From positions 1-63,794 of the forward strand of contig LBSX01000011.1 of NCBI GenBank assembly GCA_000990355.1: a DNA stretch of 63,794 nucleotides, given 5' to 3'. The stretch comes from Candidatus Magasanikbacteria bacterium GW2011_GWC2_37_14. GTDB lineage: Bacteria; Patescibacteriota; Patescibacteriia; Magasanikbacterales; UBA922. Under the pieces are notes generated by a model. The model was not told the origin of the DNA, ran no database searches, and saw nothing but the letters and a program-made list of their open reading frames with translations. Of the stretch, positions 1-6,588 are shown piece by piece. Both the position numbers and the translations under genes were made by a program. Numbering within the stretch: the stretch's first letter is position 1; every line of letters begins with the position of its first letter.

Positions 1-46
1 AAAGAGTTTTTGCTTTCTAATAAGTTTGTGGAGTAGAACCGCCCGA

Positions 47-81
47 GCAATACATCACTTAACACCTCGATAAGCGGCTCC
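47..81 (+). repeat. Boundary motif copy a (GCAATACATCACTTAACACCTCGATAAGCGGCTCC)
   Basis: Direct near-repeat of 522-554. Related copies at 1920-1948, 2907-2930, 3841-3865 and 5098-5126 share an ACATC-(A/C)-GATAACA core followed by a short dyad. Confidence 0.5.
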
Positions 82-108
82 AGAAAATTTCCTTAATTAT
101 AGTAATAT

Positions 109-137
109 GGAGTAAAATTTTCTTCCGACCCAAATTT
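109..137 (+). promoter_or_regulatory. Conserved AT-rich leader motif GGAGTAAAATTTTCTTCCGACCCAAATTT (copy 1)
   Basis: Near-identical to 1976-2004 (GGAGTAAAAAATTTTCTCGACCCAAATTT). Both copies are followed by a variable hairpin (136-185 here) and then AAACTTC...ACGTT. A -10-like TAGTAAT lies just upstream. Confidence 0.4.
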
Positions 138-270
138 CAATTCTTTCTTTTCTTTATTAACTGTAATAATGAAGAAAGAATTGAAACTTCGCTTCATCGG
201 GAAACGTTATCGGAAATATTGCTTTTTGACAAAATACTTTTAAGGGACTGTCAACCAAAAAAGGTGCAAT

Positions 271-444
271 ATGCACAGCCGAGCCGCGATGGACCAGCTA
301 CGCGCGTACGAGGAAGCCGTACAGTCGCCCTGCAGATGTCGAATCTGCGGACGAGAGTACTATCCTCAAAGGGGGGACGAACCGTGCCATCACGAGGAAG
401 AGACGGCTGGTGAACAGCCGATCGTCGAGGAGGAACACACATGA
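271..444 (+). CDS. 57-aa Cys/His/Glu-rich micro-ORF in G+C-rich insert (MHSRAAMDQLRAYEEAVQSPCRCRICGREYYPQRGDEPCHHEEETAGEQPIVEEEHT)
   Basis: ATG at 271 is preceded by AAGGTG (4-nt spacer). TGA lies at 442-444 and a 12-bp G+C hairpin follows at 454-483. The ORF is below the 60-aa cut-off of the supplied track. Coding status is unproven. Confidence 0.3.
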   Translation: MHSRAAMDQLRAYEEAVQSPCRCRICGREYYPQRGDEPCHHEEETAGEQPIVEEEHT

Positions 445-453
445 CGTCCCACG

Positions 454-483
454 GGCGAGGCCGACACCACGTCGGCGCTCGCC
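454..483 (+). terminator. G+C hairpin closing the insert (GGCGAGGCCGAC-ACCAC-GTCGGC(G)CTCGCC)
   Basis: 12-bp stem with one bulge, read directly. There is no U-tract, because the right arm of the 21-bp inverted repeat follows immediately. Confidence 0.4.
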
Positions 484-521
484 CAGTCCCTTAAAAGTAT
501 TTTGTAAGAAAAAAAGAAAAA

Positions 522-554
522 GCAATACATCCGATAACAGCCGATATGCGGTTC
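522..554 (+). repeat. Boundary motif copy b (GCAATACATCCGATAACAGCCGATATGCGGTTC)
   Basis: Direct near-repeat of 47-81. Its first half is also part of the right arm of the long inverted repeat. Confidence 0.5.
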
Positions 555-558
555 AAAA

Positions 559-597
559 ATAGTGCCCACTGAATTTTAATGGTGGCACTATTTTTTT
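559..597 (+). terminator. Rho-independent terminator
   Basis: ATAGTGCCCAC...GGTGGCACTAT stem followed by TTTTTTT (591-597). Confidence 0.6.
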
Positions 598-651
598 CAC
601 CCAAATTTTGGCCTTTTCTTTTGGGTGATAAAATGGTAAAATATATGTGCT

Positions 652-1077
652 ATGCAAGTATATAAAACTAAAATAAAGAAATTTCCTGGCACACAGTTTC
701 ACGAAGTACACGGACCGGCTTTCGGCCTTTATACCGAAATCAAAAAGAAAACAAAACGCCGAGTATATGTTAGGTCGGCGTATTTTAATAAAGATAAGAT
801 ATTCCTTGATTTGTTCTGGCATCATCTATTTGAAAAGTCTAACTGGCGGGATAGAGTCAGACGCATGAAGTATTTCGCTTGTGCTATTGAACTCATCCAA
901 AAATCACACTTTGAACCAAAAACAAAGGAAAACCCAAACAAACAAGGCGAAATACTTCATCGCTTTTATGGCACTACTGCAGAGAATGAGTTATTTTATG
1001 TACAAATCAAGGAAGACAAGAAAAAAGATCAAAAGTTTTTGATTTCAGTATTTCCATCAGATGGTGGTATGGAATAA
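652..1077 (+). CDS. Hypothetical protein, 141 aa, basic
   Basis: Clean ORF with host-like AT-rich codon usage. No motif I can assign. An extended -10-like TGGTAAAAT lies just upstream. Confidence 0.6.
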   Translation: MQVYKTKIKKFPGTQFHEVHGPAFGLYTEIKKKTKRRVYVRSAYFNKDKIFLDLFWHHLFEKSNWRDRVRRMKYFACAIELIQKSHFEPKTKENPNKQGEILHRFYGTTAENELFYVQIKEDKKKDQKFLISVFPSDGGME

Positions 1078-1144
1078 AATAAAAAAAGACCCTCCGCTAA
1101 GTGTGGTGTATAAACCACGGCCGAAAGCCTTTTTCTAAATATAT

Positions 1145-1152
1145 TGTATAAT
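1145..1152 (+). promoter_or_regulatory. Extended -10 element TGTATAAT
   Basis: Consensus extended -10, about 70 nt upstream of G+C-rich element copy 1 and 275 nt upstream of the GNAT start. Confidence 0.45.
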
Positions 1153-1220
1153 ATCTTTAAAACAATGTCAAGATGTGTCTGTGGACGAAAAGAAAAGGCC
1201 AAAACTTCGCATATCGGCGT

Positions 1221-1393
1221 ACGTTGTGACGGAATCACTCGCGCGAGCTCGTGTATTTCCGTCACAATGGGGCGCGCTTCCAGCGTTGTTGCGCTCCATC
1301 ACTCGCTCCGCTCGTGACTGGTCGCTACATCCCGCCATCCCATAAGCCTGTGGGCTTCTGGTCTGACGGGACGTCGCATAAGCGCGCCCCATT
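1221..1393 (+). ncRNA. G+C-rich structured element, copy 1 (candidate novel leader RNA or cassette-associated repeat)
   Basis: Identical to 2115-2290 except for a 3-nt indel. Contains a TTGTGACGGAA/TTCCGTCACAA hairpin, a 12-bp long-range helix (1266-1277 with 1382-1393) and a CCATAAGCC-TGTG-GGCTTCTGG hairpin. Strand assignment is tentative. Confidence 0.5.
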
Positions 1394-1426
1394 ATCTGAA
1401 ATTTTTTGTCCCTTAGCGCAACTAAC

Positions 1427-1903
1427 ATGGAAAATATAAAACTGCGACAATTTGAGGAAAAAGACAAAGAGGCTACCTACAATCTCCATATTGAGGGCTT
1501 GAAACAATCCGAAAGTTTTATCGATGATCCAAAAGCCAGAGAACAGCTTGACCAAGACCTGAAAAAGATTCGGGAAGAATATATTGATAGTGACGGAGAA
1601 TTTTTTGTAGCCATAATTGATGATAAAGTAGTAGGCATGGGCGCCTTGAGAAAAGTAGATGACATCACTGCCGAAATAAAAAGAATGAGAGTTAAGCCTG
1701 AGCTTCAGGGCAAGGGAATCGGCGCCTTAATTTTGGATAAGCTAATCGAAAAAGCAAAAGAGTTAGGCTACAAAAAATTGCTTTTGGATACATCGATAAA
1801 ACAAATTGTCGCACAAAGATTATATGAGTCGCGTGGTTTTAAGGAAAGTAGGCGAGGAGAAATATATGGCCAAGAAACTTTATACTACCAACGCGATATT
1901 TAA
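1427..1903 (+). CDS. GNAT family N-acetyltransferase
   Basis: Acetyl-CoA-binding motif region RMRVKPELQGKGIGALILDKLIEKAKELGYKKLLLDT...LYESRGF. The ATG at 1427 is preferred over the non-ATG ORF start at 1406. Confidence 0.85.
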   Translation: MENIKLRQFEEKDKEATYNLHIEGLKQSESFIDDPKAREQLDQDLKKIREEYIDSDGEFFVAIIDDKVVGMGALRKVDDITAEIKRMRVKPELQGKGIGALILDKLIEKAKELGYKKLLLDTSIKQIVAQRLYESRGFKESRRGEIYGQETLYYQRDI

Positions 1904-1919
1904 CACGAAGGGACAAAAA

Positions 1920-1948
1920 ACATCAGATAACAACGCATATCTGGCTCC
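1920..1948 (+). repeat. Boundary motif copy c (ACATCAGATAACAACGCATATCTGGCTCC)
   Basis: Contains the 6-bp dyad CAGATA-N8-TATCTG. Homologous to 47-81, 522-554 and 5098-5126. Confidence 0.5.
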
Positions 1949-1975
1949 AAAATTTTTCATTATTAGAATTAATAG

Positions 1976-2004
1976 GGAGTAAAAAATTTTCTCGACCCAA
2001 ATTT
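1976..2004 (+). promoter_or_regulatory. Conserved AT-rich leader motif (copy 2)
   Basis: GGAGTAAAAAATTTTCTCGACCCAAATTT. Followed by a TTTTCATCCC...GGGATGAAAA stem enclosing about 75 nt, then AACTTCAGATGATGCGTAAACGTT leading into copy 2 of the G+C element. Confidence 0.4.
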
Positions 2005-2114
2005 TCATCCCTTAGTTTTGATGAAAGTTTAGGCGGAGATAATAATACAAAGCATTGTCTGAAAGCAAAAGTTTATACTGCTAAGTCGGGATGAAAACTT
2101 CAGATGATGCGTAA

Positions 2115-2290
2115 ACGTTGTGACGGAATCACTCGCGCGAGCTCGTGTATTTCCGTCACAATGGGGCGCGCTTCCAGCGTTGTTGCGCTCCATCACTCGC
2201 TCCGCTCGTGACTGTGGGTCGCTACATCCCGCCATCCCATAAGCCTGTGGGCTTCTGGTCTGACGGGACGTCGCATAAGCGCGCCCCATT
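2115..2290 (+). ncRNA. G+C-rich structured element, copy 2
   Basis: Same sequence as 1221-1393 plus TGG inserted after ...CGTGACTG. Ends 33 nt before the ATG at 2324, the same spacing as copy 1 to the ATG at 1427. Confidence 0.5.
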
Positions 2291-2323
2291 GGACGAAATT
2301 ATTAAATCAAATTTTTTAATTAT

Positions 2324-2878
2324 ATGAATAACAAAGCTCTGAGAGCCCTTTTCCTGTACAATGGAATATTTGTAGGTGCCGCTGCCATGCTCGGTCCATT
2401 GTATGCTATTTATGTTGTGAAGTTTGTCGACGGTGTGACGGCCGTGAGTATTTCATGGGCAGCGTTTCTTGTTTCAACTTCAATATTCACATACATAGTT
2501 TCCAGGAAAGGTGACGGAATAAAAGAAAAAGAATATTTACTGCTTACTGGATATATTGTTAGAATATTGAGTTGGATTTTGTTGATTTTTGTCCACAATT
2601 TGACGTCATTAGTGTTGGTTCAAATTTTATTAGGTTTTGGTGAATCGCTCGGCACACCTTCTTTCAACGCATTGTTTGCTGATCATCTGGACAAAAATAA
2701 ACACATCAAAGAATATTCCAACTGGTCACTAATCGCAAATTTGACTTCCGCGGCAGGGATACTTGCCGGAGGATCAATTGTTAATAATTTTGGCTTTAAG
2801 GCATTATTCTTGTTTATGTCTGCTCTTTCGCTTGTTGCTTTCTTTGGTATATTATTGAAACCAAGAAAATTATTATAG
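2324..2878 (+). CDS. MFS-like polytopic membrane protein, half-size (184 aa)
   Basis: About six hydrophobic segments and MFS-like loop motifs (VSRKGDGIKEK, GESLGTPSFNALFADH). The length suggests a fragment or a half-transporter. Confidence 0.5.
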   Translation: MNNKALRALFLYNGIFVGAAAMLGPLYAIYVVKFVDGVTAVSISWAAFLVSTSIFTYIVSRKGDGIKEKEYLLLTGYIVRILSWILLIFVHNLTSLVLVQILLGFGESLGTPSFNALFADHLDKNKHIKEYSNWSLIANLTSAAGILAGGSIVNNFGFKALFLFMSALSLVAFFGILLKPRKLL

Positions 2879-2906
2879 CAAAAGGAACAAAAAATTTGAT
2901 TTAATA

Positions 2907-2930
2907 ACATCGCCCAACACTCGATATCCG
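2907..2930 (+). repeat. Boundary motif copy d (ACATCGCCCAACACTCGATATCCG)
   Basis: Aligns with 51-76. CTCGATATC (2919-2927) pairs with GATATCGAG (2980-2988). A partner ACATCAGATATCGAG lies at 2974-2988. Confidence 0.4.
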
Positions 2931-3045
2931 CAAGGGCTAAAGCCACATTTCGATTCCGTTTCACTTCATTGAAACATCAGATATCGAGAAACAATGTACA
3001 ATATTACTCAAGTTTGATAAACGATAAATAATTTAAAGATAAAAT

Positions 3046-3294
3046 ATGAAAGAAATATACACAAGGAGAGATTATTTAGCCCAAGACAGAACCCATCTTG
3101 CGAATGAAAGAACGCTTTTAGCATACTGGAGAACCGCACTTGCATTTTTAGGTTTAGGAGCATTTCTAATCAAATTTGTTCCTTCAGCATATTCTATGAC
3201 GTTAGCTTTAGTTTCAATACTTTTTGGGGTTGTATTATTTATTTATGGTATTGTAAGGTATCTCAAATATAAAGCAAAAATAAATGACAAATAA
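3046..3294 (+). CDS. DUF202 (YidH-like) small membrane protein
   Basis: Signature DRTHLANERTLLAYWRTALAFLGLG followed by two transmembrane helices. Confidence 0.8.
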   Translation: MKEIYTRRDYLAQDRTHLANERTLLAYWRTALAFLGLGAFLIKFVPSAYSMTLALVSILFGVVLFIYGIVRYLKYKAKINDK

Positions 3295-3721
3295 TCAAAC
3301 CCTGCTTCATACTGTCGATTGCTTCGCTCCCTCGTTCGCCTTGCAGTCTCACCACATAACACGGATTTTGAAGTTCGGATTTGCAGTCTTCACCCAAATT
3401 GCTACGCAACTTTTCAAAATCCAATATGTTATTTTACAATATTTAAGTGATAACGTTTCTTCATTTGAAAAAGAAACTCTATACCGAGAAGCTATTAAAT
3501 ATCAATACTGGGTAGCATTTTAGAAAATCTTAACATTTGATAGTTTTATTTTCATAAGTACAGCACTTATTTTACTGGTTGTACCTAAAAAAGAAAAACA
3601 GAAGTGAGTAGCTCCAGGGGACATTCACCCCTTTAATTCCCCTCTGTCCCCTGTCGCGTGATTGAAAAAATTTTGTTTTGTTTGATATAATTCAAAATAT
3701 AGTGAGATAACGAAAGAGAAA

Positions 3722-3870
3722 AGTGTACGTTCCCCCGCTGCGCTCTCATGCACTCCGCTACGCTCCGTGTCATTCGGGTCGGGCAGCAGCGTGTATCTGG
3801 TTCGCTCCCGCTGTCGCTCACCCATATCCGCCCAGGGCGGACATCAGATACACGCGTACGTTGTACGAAA
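3722..3870 (+). repeat. Divergent G+C-rich element related to the 1221/2115 family
   Basis: Shares GTACGTT(G) at both ends and CAGCGTGTATCTGGTTCGCTCC (compare 5110-5130). Contains an embedded ACATCAGATA at 3841 and ends ...ACGAAAT like the other copies. A -10-like GATATAAT lies at about 3682. Confidence 0.4.
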
Positions 3871-4024
3871 TAAATTTTTTATCCTTTTTTATATTTTCCC
3901 GTGATGATTAACGATTGATTGACGATCAAAGGAAGCGAAACAAAATTTTTCCATACGATTTTACAGGGGGTTTAGGTGTTTTTCGCCTGTGCGAACAGGC
4001 AAAAAACCGATTTTTATCTAAAAC

Positions 4025-4079
4025 TTGACCATAATTCCTTAATATGGTATACTGTAAATACTTAACTAAACCATATTAA
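4025..4079 (+). promoter_or_regulatory. Sigma70-type promoter with overlapping 10-bp inverted repeat (putative operator) for the Fic gene
   Basis: TTGACC (4025-4030), a 17-nt spacer, then TATACT (4048-4053). The inverted repeat is TTAATATGGT (4039-4048) and ACCATATTAA (4070-4079). Confidence 0.6.
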
Positions 4080-4089
4080 ACATTTTCTT

Positions 4090-5043
4090 ATGACTTATCT
4101 ATCACCAATTGTAAAAGCTCGTTTGGAAGAGAAACTAAAAAAACTCAACAAACTTCGTCCCCTGCCAAAATCTGCGGTGCAGAAACTTCGAGAAAAATTT
4201 CAAATTGAAATGACTTACAATTCAAACGCAATTGAAGGGAACTCTTTAACTTTAAAAGAGACATTTTTGGTTATTAACGAAGGCTTAACAGTGAAAGGAA
4301 AGCCATTAAAGGATCACTTAGAAGCAAAAGACCACCATGCTGCGTTGGAATATTTATATGACTTAATAGACAAAGACAAAAAACACACTGTTTCTGAAAT
4401 GCTTATAAAAAATTTACATCAAATTATTCTACAGGAAACCGATAAGGAGTGGGCTGGTCGGTACAGAAACGCGAATGTAATTATTGGCGGTGCTGACCAT
4501 ACCCCGCCAGATGCGCTACAAGTACCAAATTTAATGCGAGATTTAATTACTTTACTAAATTCACAAAAAAACAAGCTGAATATTGTTGAACTTTCTGCTT
4601 TACTACATCATAAATTAGTTTACATTCATCCATTTTTTGACGGTAATGGCAGAACAGCACGCTTGACGATGAACTTGTTTTTGATGCAAGCTGGGTATCC
4701 ACTCGTGGTAATTATGAAAACCGACCGGAAAAAATATTATGATGTGCTGGATAAAGCGGATAAAGGCAAATATGAACCGCTGATCAAATTTGTCGCTCAA
4801 TCTATAGAACGCTCGCTTGATATTTATCTCAAAACTTTAACACCTGCCACCACAAAACAAGAAAAATTTGTATCGCTGACTGAAATATCTAAAACCACGC
4901 CTTTTTCCGCCAAATACCTAAACCTGCTTGCAAGACAAGGAAAATTAGAAGCATACAAAGAGGGTCGTGATTGGTTAACTTCCAAAGGAGCAATCGAACG
5001 ATATTTGAAAAACAGAACCAGACAACGAAAAATTTCAAAATAA
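4090..5043 (+). CDS. Fic family protein (AMPylase/adenylyltransferase-type) with C-terminal HTH
   Basis: Canonical Fic motif HPFFDGNGRTARL. The C-terminal segment LTEISKTTPFSAKYLNLLARQGKLEAYKEGRDWLT resembles an excisionase/MerR-like DNA-binding domain. Confidence 0.9.
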   Translation: MTYLSPIVKARLEEKLKKLNKLRPLPKSAVQKLREKFQIEMTYNSNAIEGNSLTLKETFLVINEGLTVKGKPLKDHLEAKDHHAALEYLYDLIDKDKKHTVSEMLIKNLHQIILQETDKEWAGRYRNANVIIGGADHTPPDALQVPNLMRDLITLLNSQKNKLNIVELSALLHHKLVYIHPFFDGNGRTARLTMNLFLMQAGYPLVVIMKTDRKKYYDVLDKADKGKYEPLIKFVAQSIERSLDIYLKTLTPATTKQEKFVSLTEISKTTPFSAKYLNLLARQGKLEAYKEGRDWLTSKGAIERYLKNRTRQRKISK

Positions 5044-5097
5044 AAATGCCCCGATTACATTTTCCTCGCTGTGGCTCGGAATTAAGAATATATTATT

Positions 5098-5175
5098 ACA
5101 TCATATAACAGCGTGTATGCTGTTCCTCTTCGCTACACCCATATACTGACGCACATCGCATAAGCGCGCCCCATT
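5098..5175 (+). repeat. Truncated element: boundary motif fused to the 3' end of the G+C-rich element
   Basis: ACATCATATAACAGCGTGTATGCTGTTCC followed by ...TCGCATAAGCGCGCCCCATT. The last 22 nt are shared with copies 1 and 2. It lacks the 5' partner of the long-range helix and ends 29 nt before the ATG at 5205. Confidence 0.5.
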
Positions 5176-5204
5176 ATACGAAATATACTTAAAAAATAAT
5201 TAAT

Positions 5205-5795
5205 ATGAAAAAAATATTCTTCTTGCTGGCCGCAACAGTAATAATTATCTTGCCGGGATGTGGAATTGTTAGTAAACCAATTGTACAAATTCCCCTTCCC
5301 GCACCAGAATCCGAAAACACTTCAACTATTACACAACCTACACTATCCAACACTTCTGACACCGAATTCCAAAATAATTTAAAAAATAAAACTACCCAAG
5401 AACAAGCGGAATTAACATTAGTTCATTATTTTGATTTATTAAATCAAAAAGAATATGTCAAAACCACCATTTACAACGGCCATGGTTATGAAACTTTACA
5501 AAATTGGAATCCAGATACAAACCCCACCAACTATGCCGAACTAATTAAATATGGTTGTGAAAACAATGGTTGGCAATGTTTAAAAATAAAAAAAATAATT
5601 AGTAAAGAAGAAATCAACCCTAATGAATTTAAATTTGTAGTACAATTTTTAAATAATGACGGCACACTTTTTGAAAGAGGGCCTTGTTGTGGTTCTACGG
5701 AAGCCGAAATGCCTACCAAAAATAAATTTGAATTTATTGTAAAAAAAATAGATAATATTTTTAAAGTTATTACTAGTCCAGTGTATATACCATAA
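5205..5795 (+). CDS. Lipoprotein, function unknown
   Basis: Signal peptide with lipobox-like ILPGC. The mature part has four Cys residues and no recognisable domain. Confidence 0.65.
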   Translation: MKKIFFLLAATVIIILPGCGIVSKPIVQIPLPAPESENTSTITQPTLSNTSDTEFQNNLKNKTTQEQAELTLVHYFDLLNQKEYVKTTIYNGHGYETLQNWNPDTNPTNYAELIKYGCENNGWQCLKIKKIISKEEINPNEFKFVVQFLNNDGTLFERGPCCGSTEAEMPTKNKFEFIVKKIDNIFKVITSPVYIP

Positions 5796-5864
5796 AATCA
5801 CTTGTGGACAAATAAATTTGACCAAAATTTTTTAAACTGTTATTATAACTGTACAATTTATAAA

Positions 5865-6047
5865 TTATCTGTGGAACTGGGGTTTGATTCCCCGACTGTG
5901 CCGCAACGGTAAACCCTTTCAAGGGTAGTCCGATCTTCAGATAAACCCGCCTTGGCTCTTAAAGCTTCGGCGTGTCAAAGCCCGAGCAGGATTCTGTTGA
6001 TTTATAATCAACAAACTAAATTTCTGCCCGTTAGAGGCAGTTTTTTT
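5865..6047 (+). promoter_or_regulatory. Cobalamin (B12) riboswitch with SD-sequestering/terminator hairpin
   Basis: Core GGAACTGGGGTTTGATTCCCCGACTGTGCCGCAACGGTAAA matches the conserved GGGAA..GGTG.AA.TCC....CCGC.AC.GTAA pattern. B12-box-like AGTCCGATCTTCAGATAAACCCGCC is present. Closing helix TTATCTG (5865-5871) pairs with CAGATAA (5938-5944). Hairpin CTGCC-N7-GGCAG plus T7 (6024-6047) covers GAGG. Confidence 0.65.
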
Positions 6048-6587
6048 ATGAAAAATTTTTTAAAAAAATACAAATTCACGCTAATTCTAATATCAATAGC
6101 TTTGATACTATATTTGGGAATTGTTTTGATAATTTCAAACCTGCCTGCCCTGCCTACCGGACAGGTAGGCGGCAGGCAGGTTTCAAATCCTAAAAATCAA
6201 AGGATTGCCACACCTCGCTCGGGCGAGGTTCGCAATGACAGTGTAACCAATAGTCCAACCATCCCCCACCCTGAACCAGAATTTAAAAATCCAATTACTT
6301 TAAAAGTAAATGATGAGGAATACAAAATTGAATTGCAAGACAAGATGACAGTTTATGGTTTAATGCAGGCGCTGTCGGCTAGTTCAATAAAACCATTTAT
6401 CTTTACTACTATAGAATACCCTGGACTAGGACAATTTGTAGACAGTATCAACGACCTAAAAAACGATCGGCAAAATGGAAAATATTGGATTTATTATTTA
6501 AATGGCCAGCCCGCTCAAATCGGCATTTCTAATTACCTTTTAAAATCTAATGATTTAATTGAATGGAAATATGGCACATCATTTTAA
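6048..6587 (+). CDS. DUF4430 (transcobalamin-beta-like) domain protein, membrane-anchored
   Basis: N-terminal transmembrane helix. C-terminus GLGQFVDSINDLKNDRQNGKYWIYYLNGQPAQIGISNYLLKSNDLIEWKY fits the DUF4430 pattern. Start moved to M33 (ATG 6048) after the riboswitch. Residues LPALPTGQVGGRQV...IATPRSGEVRNDS are encoded by palindromic repeats. Confidence 0.7.
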   Translation: MKNFLKKYKFTLILISIALILYLGIVLIISNLPALPTGQVGGRQVSNPKNQRIATPRSGEVRNDSVTNSPTIPHPEPEFKNPITLKVNDEEYKIELQDKMTVYGLMQALSASSIKPFIFTTIEYPGLGQFVDSINDLKNDRQNGKYWIYYLNGQPAQIGISNYLLKSNDLIEWKYGTSF

Positions 6588-6588
6588 C

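Larger units (their letters stand above)
206..538. repeat. Long inverted repeat enclosing a 233-nt G+C-rich insert
   Basis: Perfect 21-bp arms: CAAAATACTTTTAAGGGACTG (230-250) and CAGTCCCTTAAAAGTATTTTG (484-504). The pairing extends imperfectly to GTTATCGGAAATATTGCTTTTT (206-227) and AAAAAGCAATACATCCGATAAC (517-538). Confidence 0.85.

Noticed and set aside
1029-1555. Minus-strand ORFs 1029-1265, 1168-1467 and 2029-2289, and plus-strand ORFs 1251-1439 and 2145-2327, across the G+C elements.
   Set aside because: The products are Arg/Ser/Ala-rich and lack RBSs. They exist because the G+C-rich repeat lacks stop codons. One in-frame 3-nt indel between copies is not enough evidence for coding.
1221-2290. 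Classical integron attC sites or a CALIN for the G+C-rich elements.
   Set aside because: I could not find the R''/R' core pairs (RYYYAAC ... GTTRRRY) at the element ends. The elements (173-176 nt) are longer than typical attC sites, and no intI gene is present in the window. The cassette-like organisation is still reported as a finding, but not as a canonical integron.
3284-3523. 79-aa ORF after the DUF202 gene.
   Set aside because: It overlaps the DUF202 stop, has no RBS and has implausible composition. It contains a half-copy of the GATTGCTTCG repeat family and a hairpin (GTTTCTT..AAGAAAC), so it is more likely non-coding spacer.
1221-5175. Retron msr/msd, or a DGR template/variable repeat pair.
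   Set aside because: No reverse transcriptase gene is in the window. The two long copies differ only by a 3-nt indel rather than by adenine-specific substitutions. Neither copy lies at the 3' end of a target ORF.
5876-5900. tRNA- or tmRNA-like T-arm (GGGGTTTGATTCCCC).
   Set aside because: There is no acceptor stem, anticodon arm or tag-peptide ORF around it. In context it fits the GGTG.AA.TCC core of a cobalamin riboswitch.
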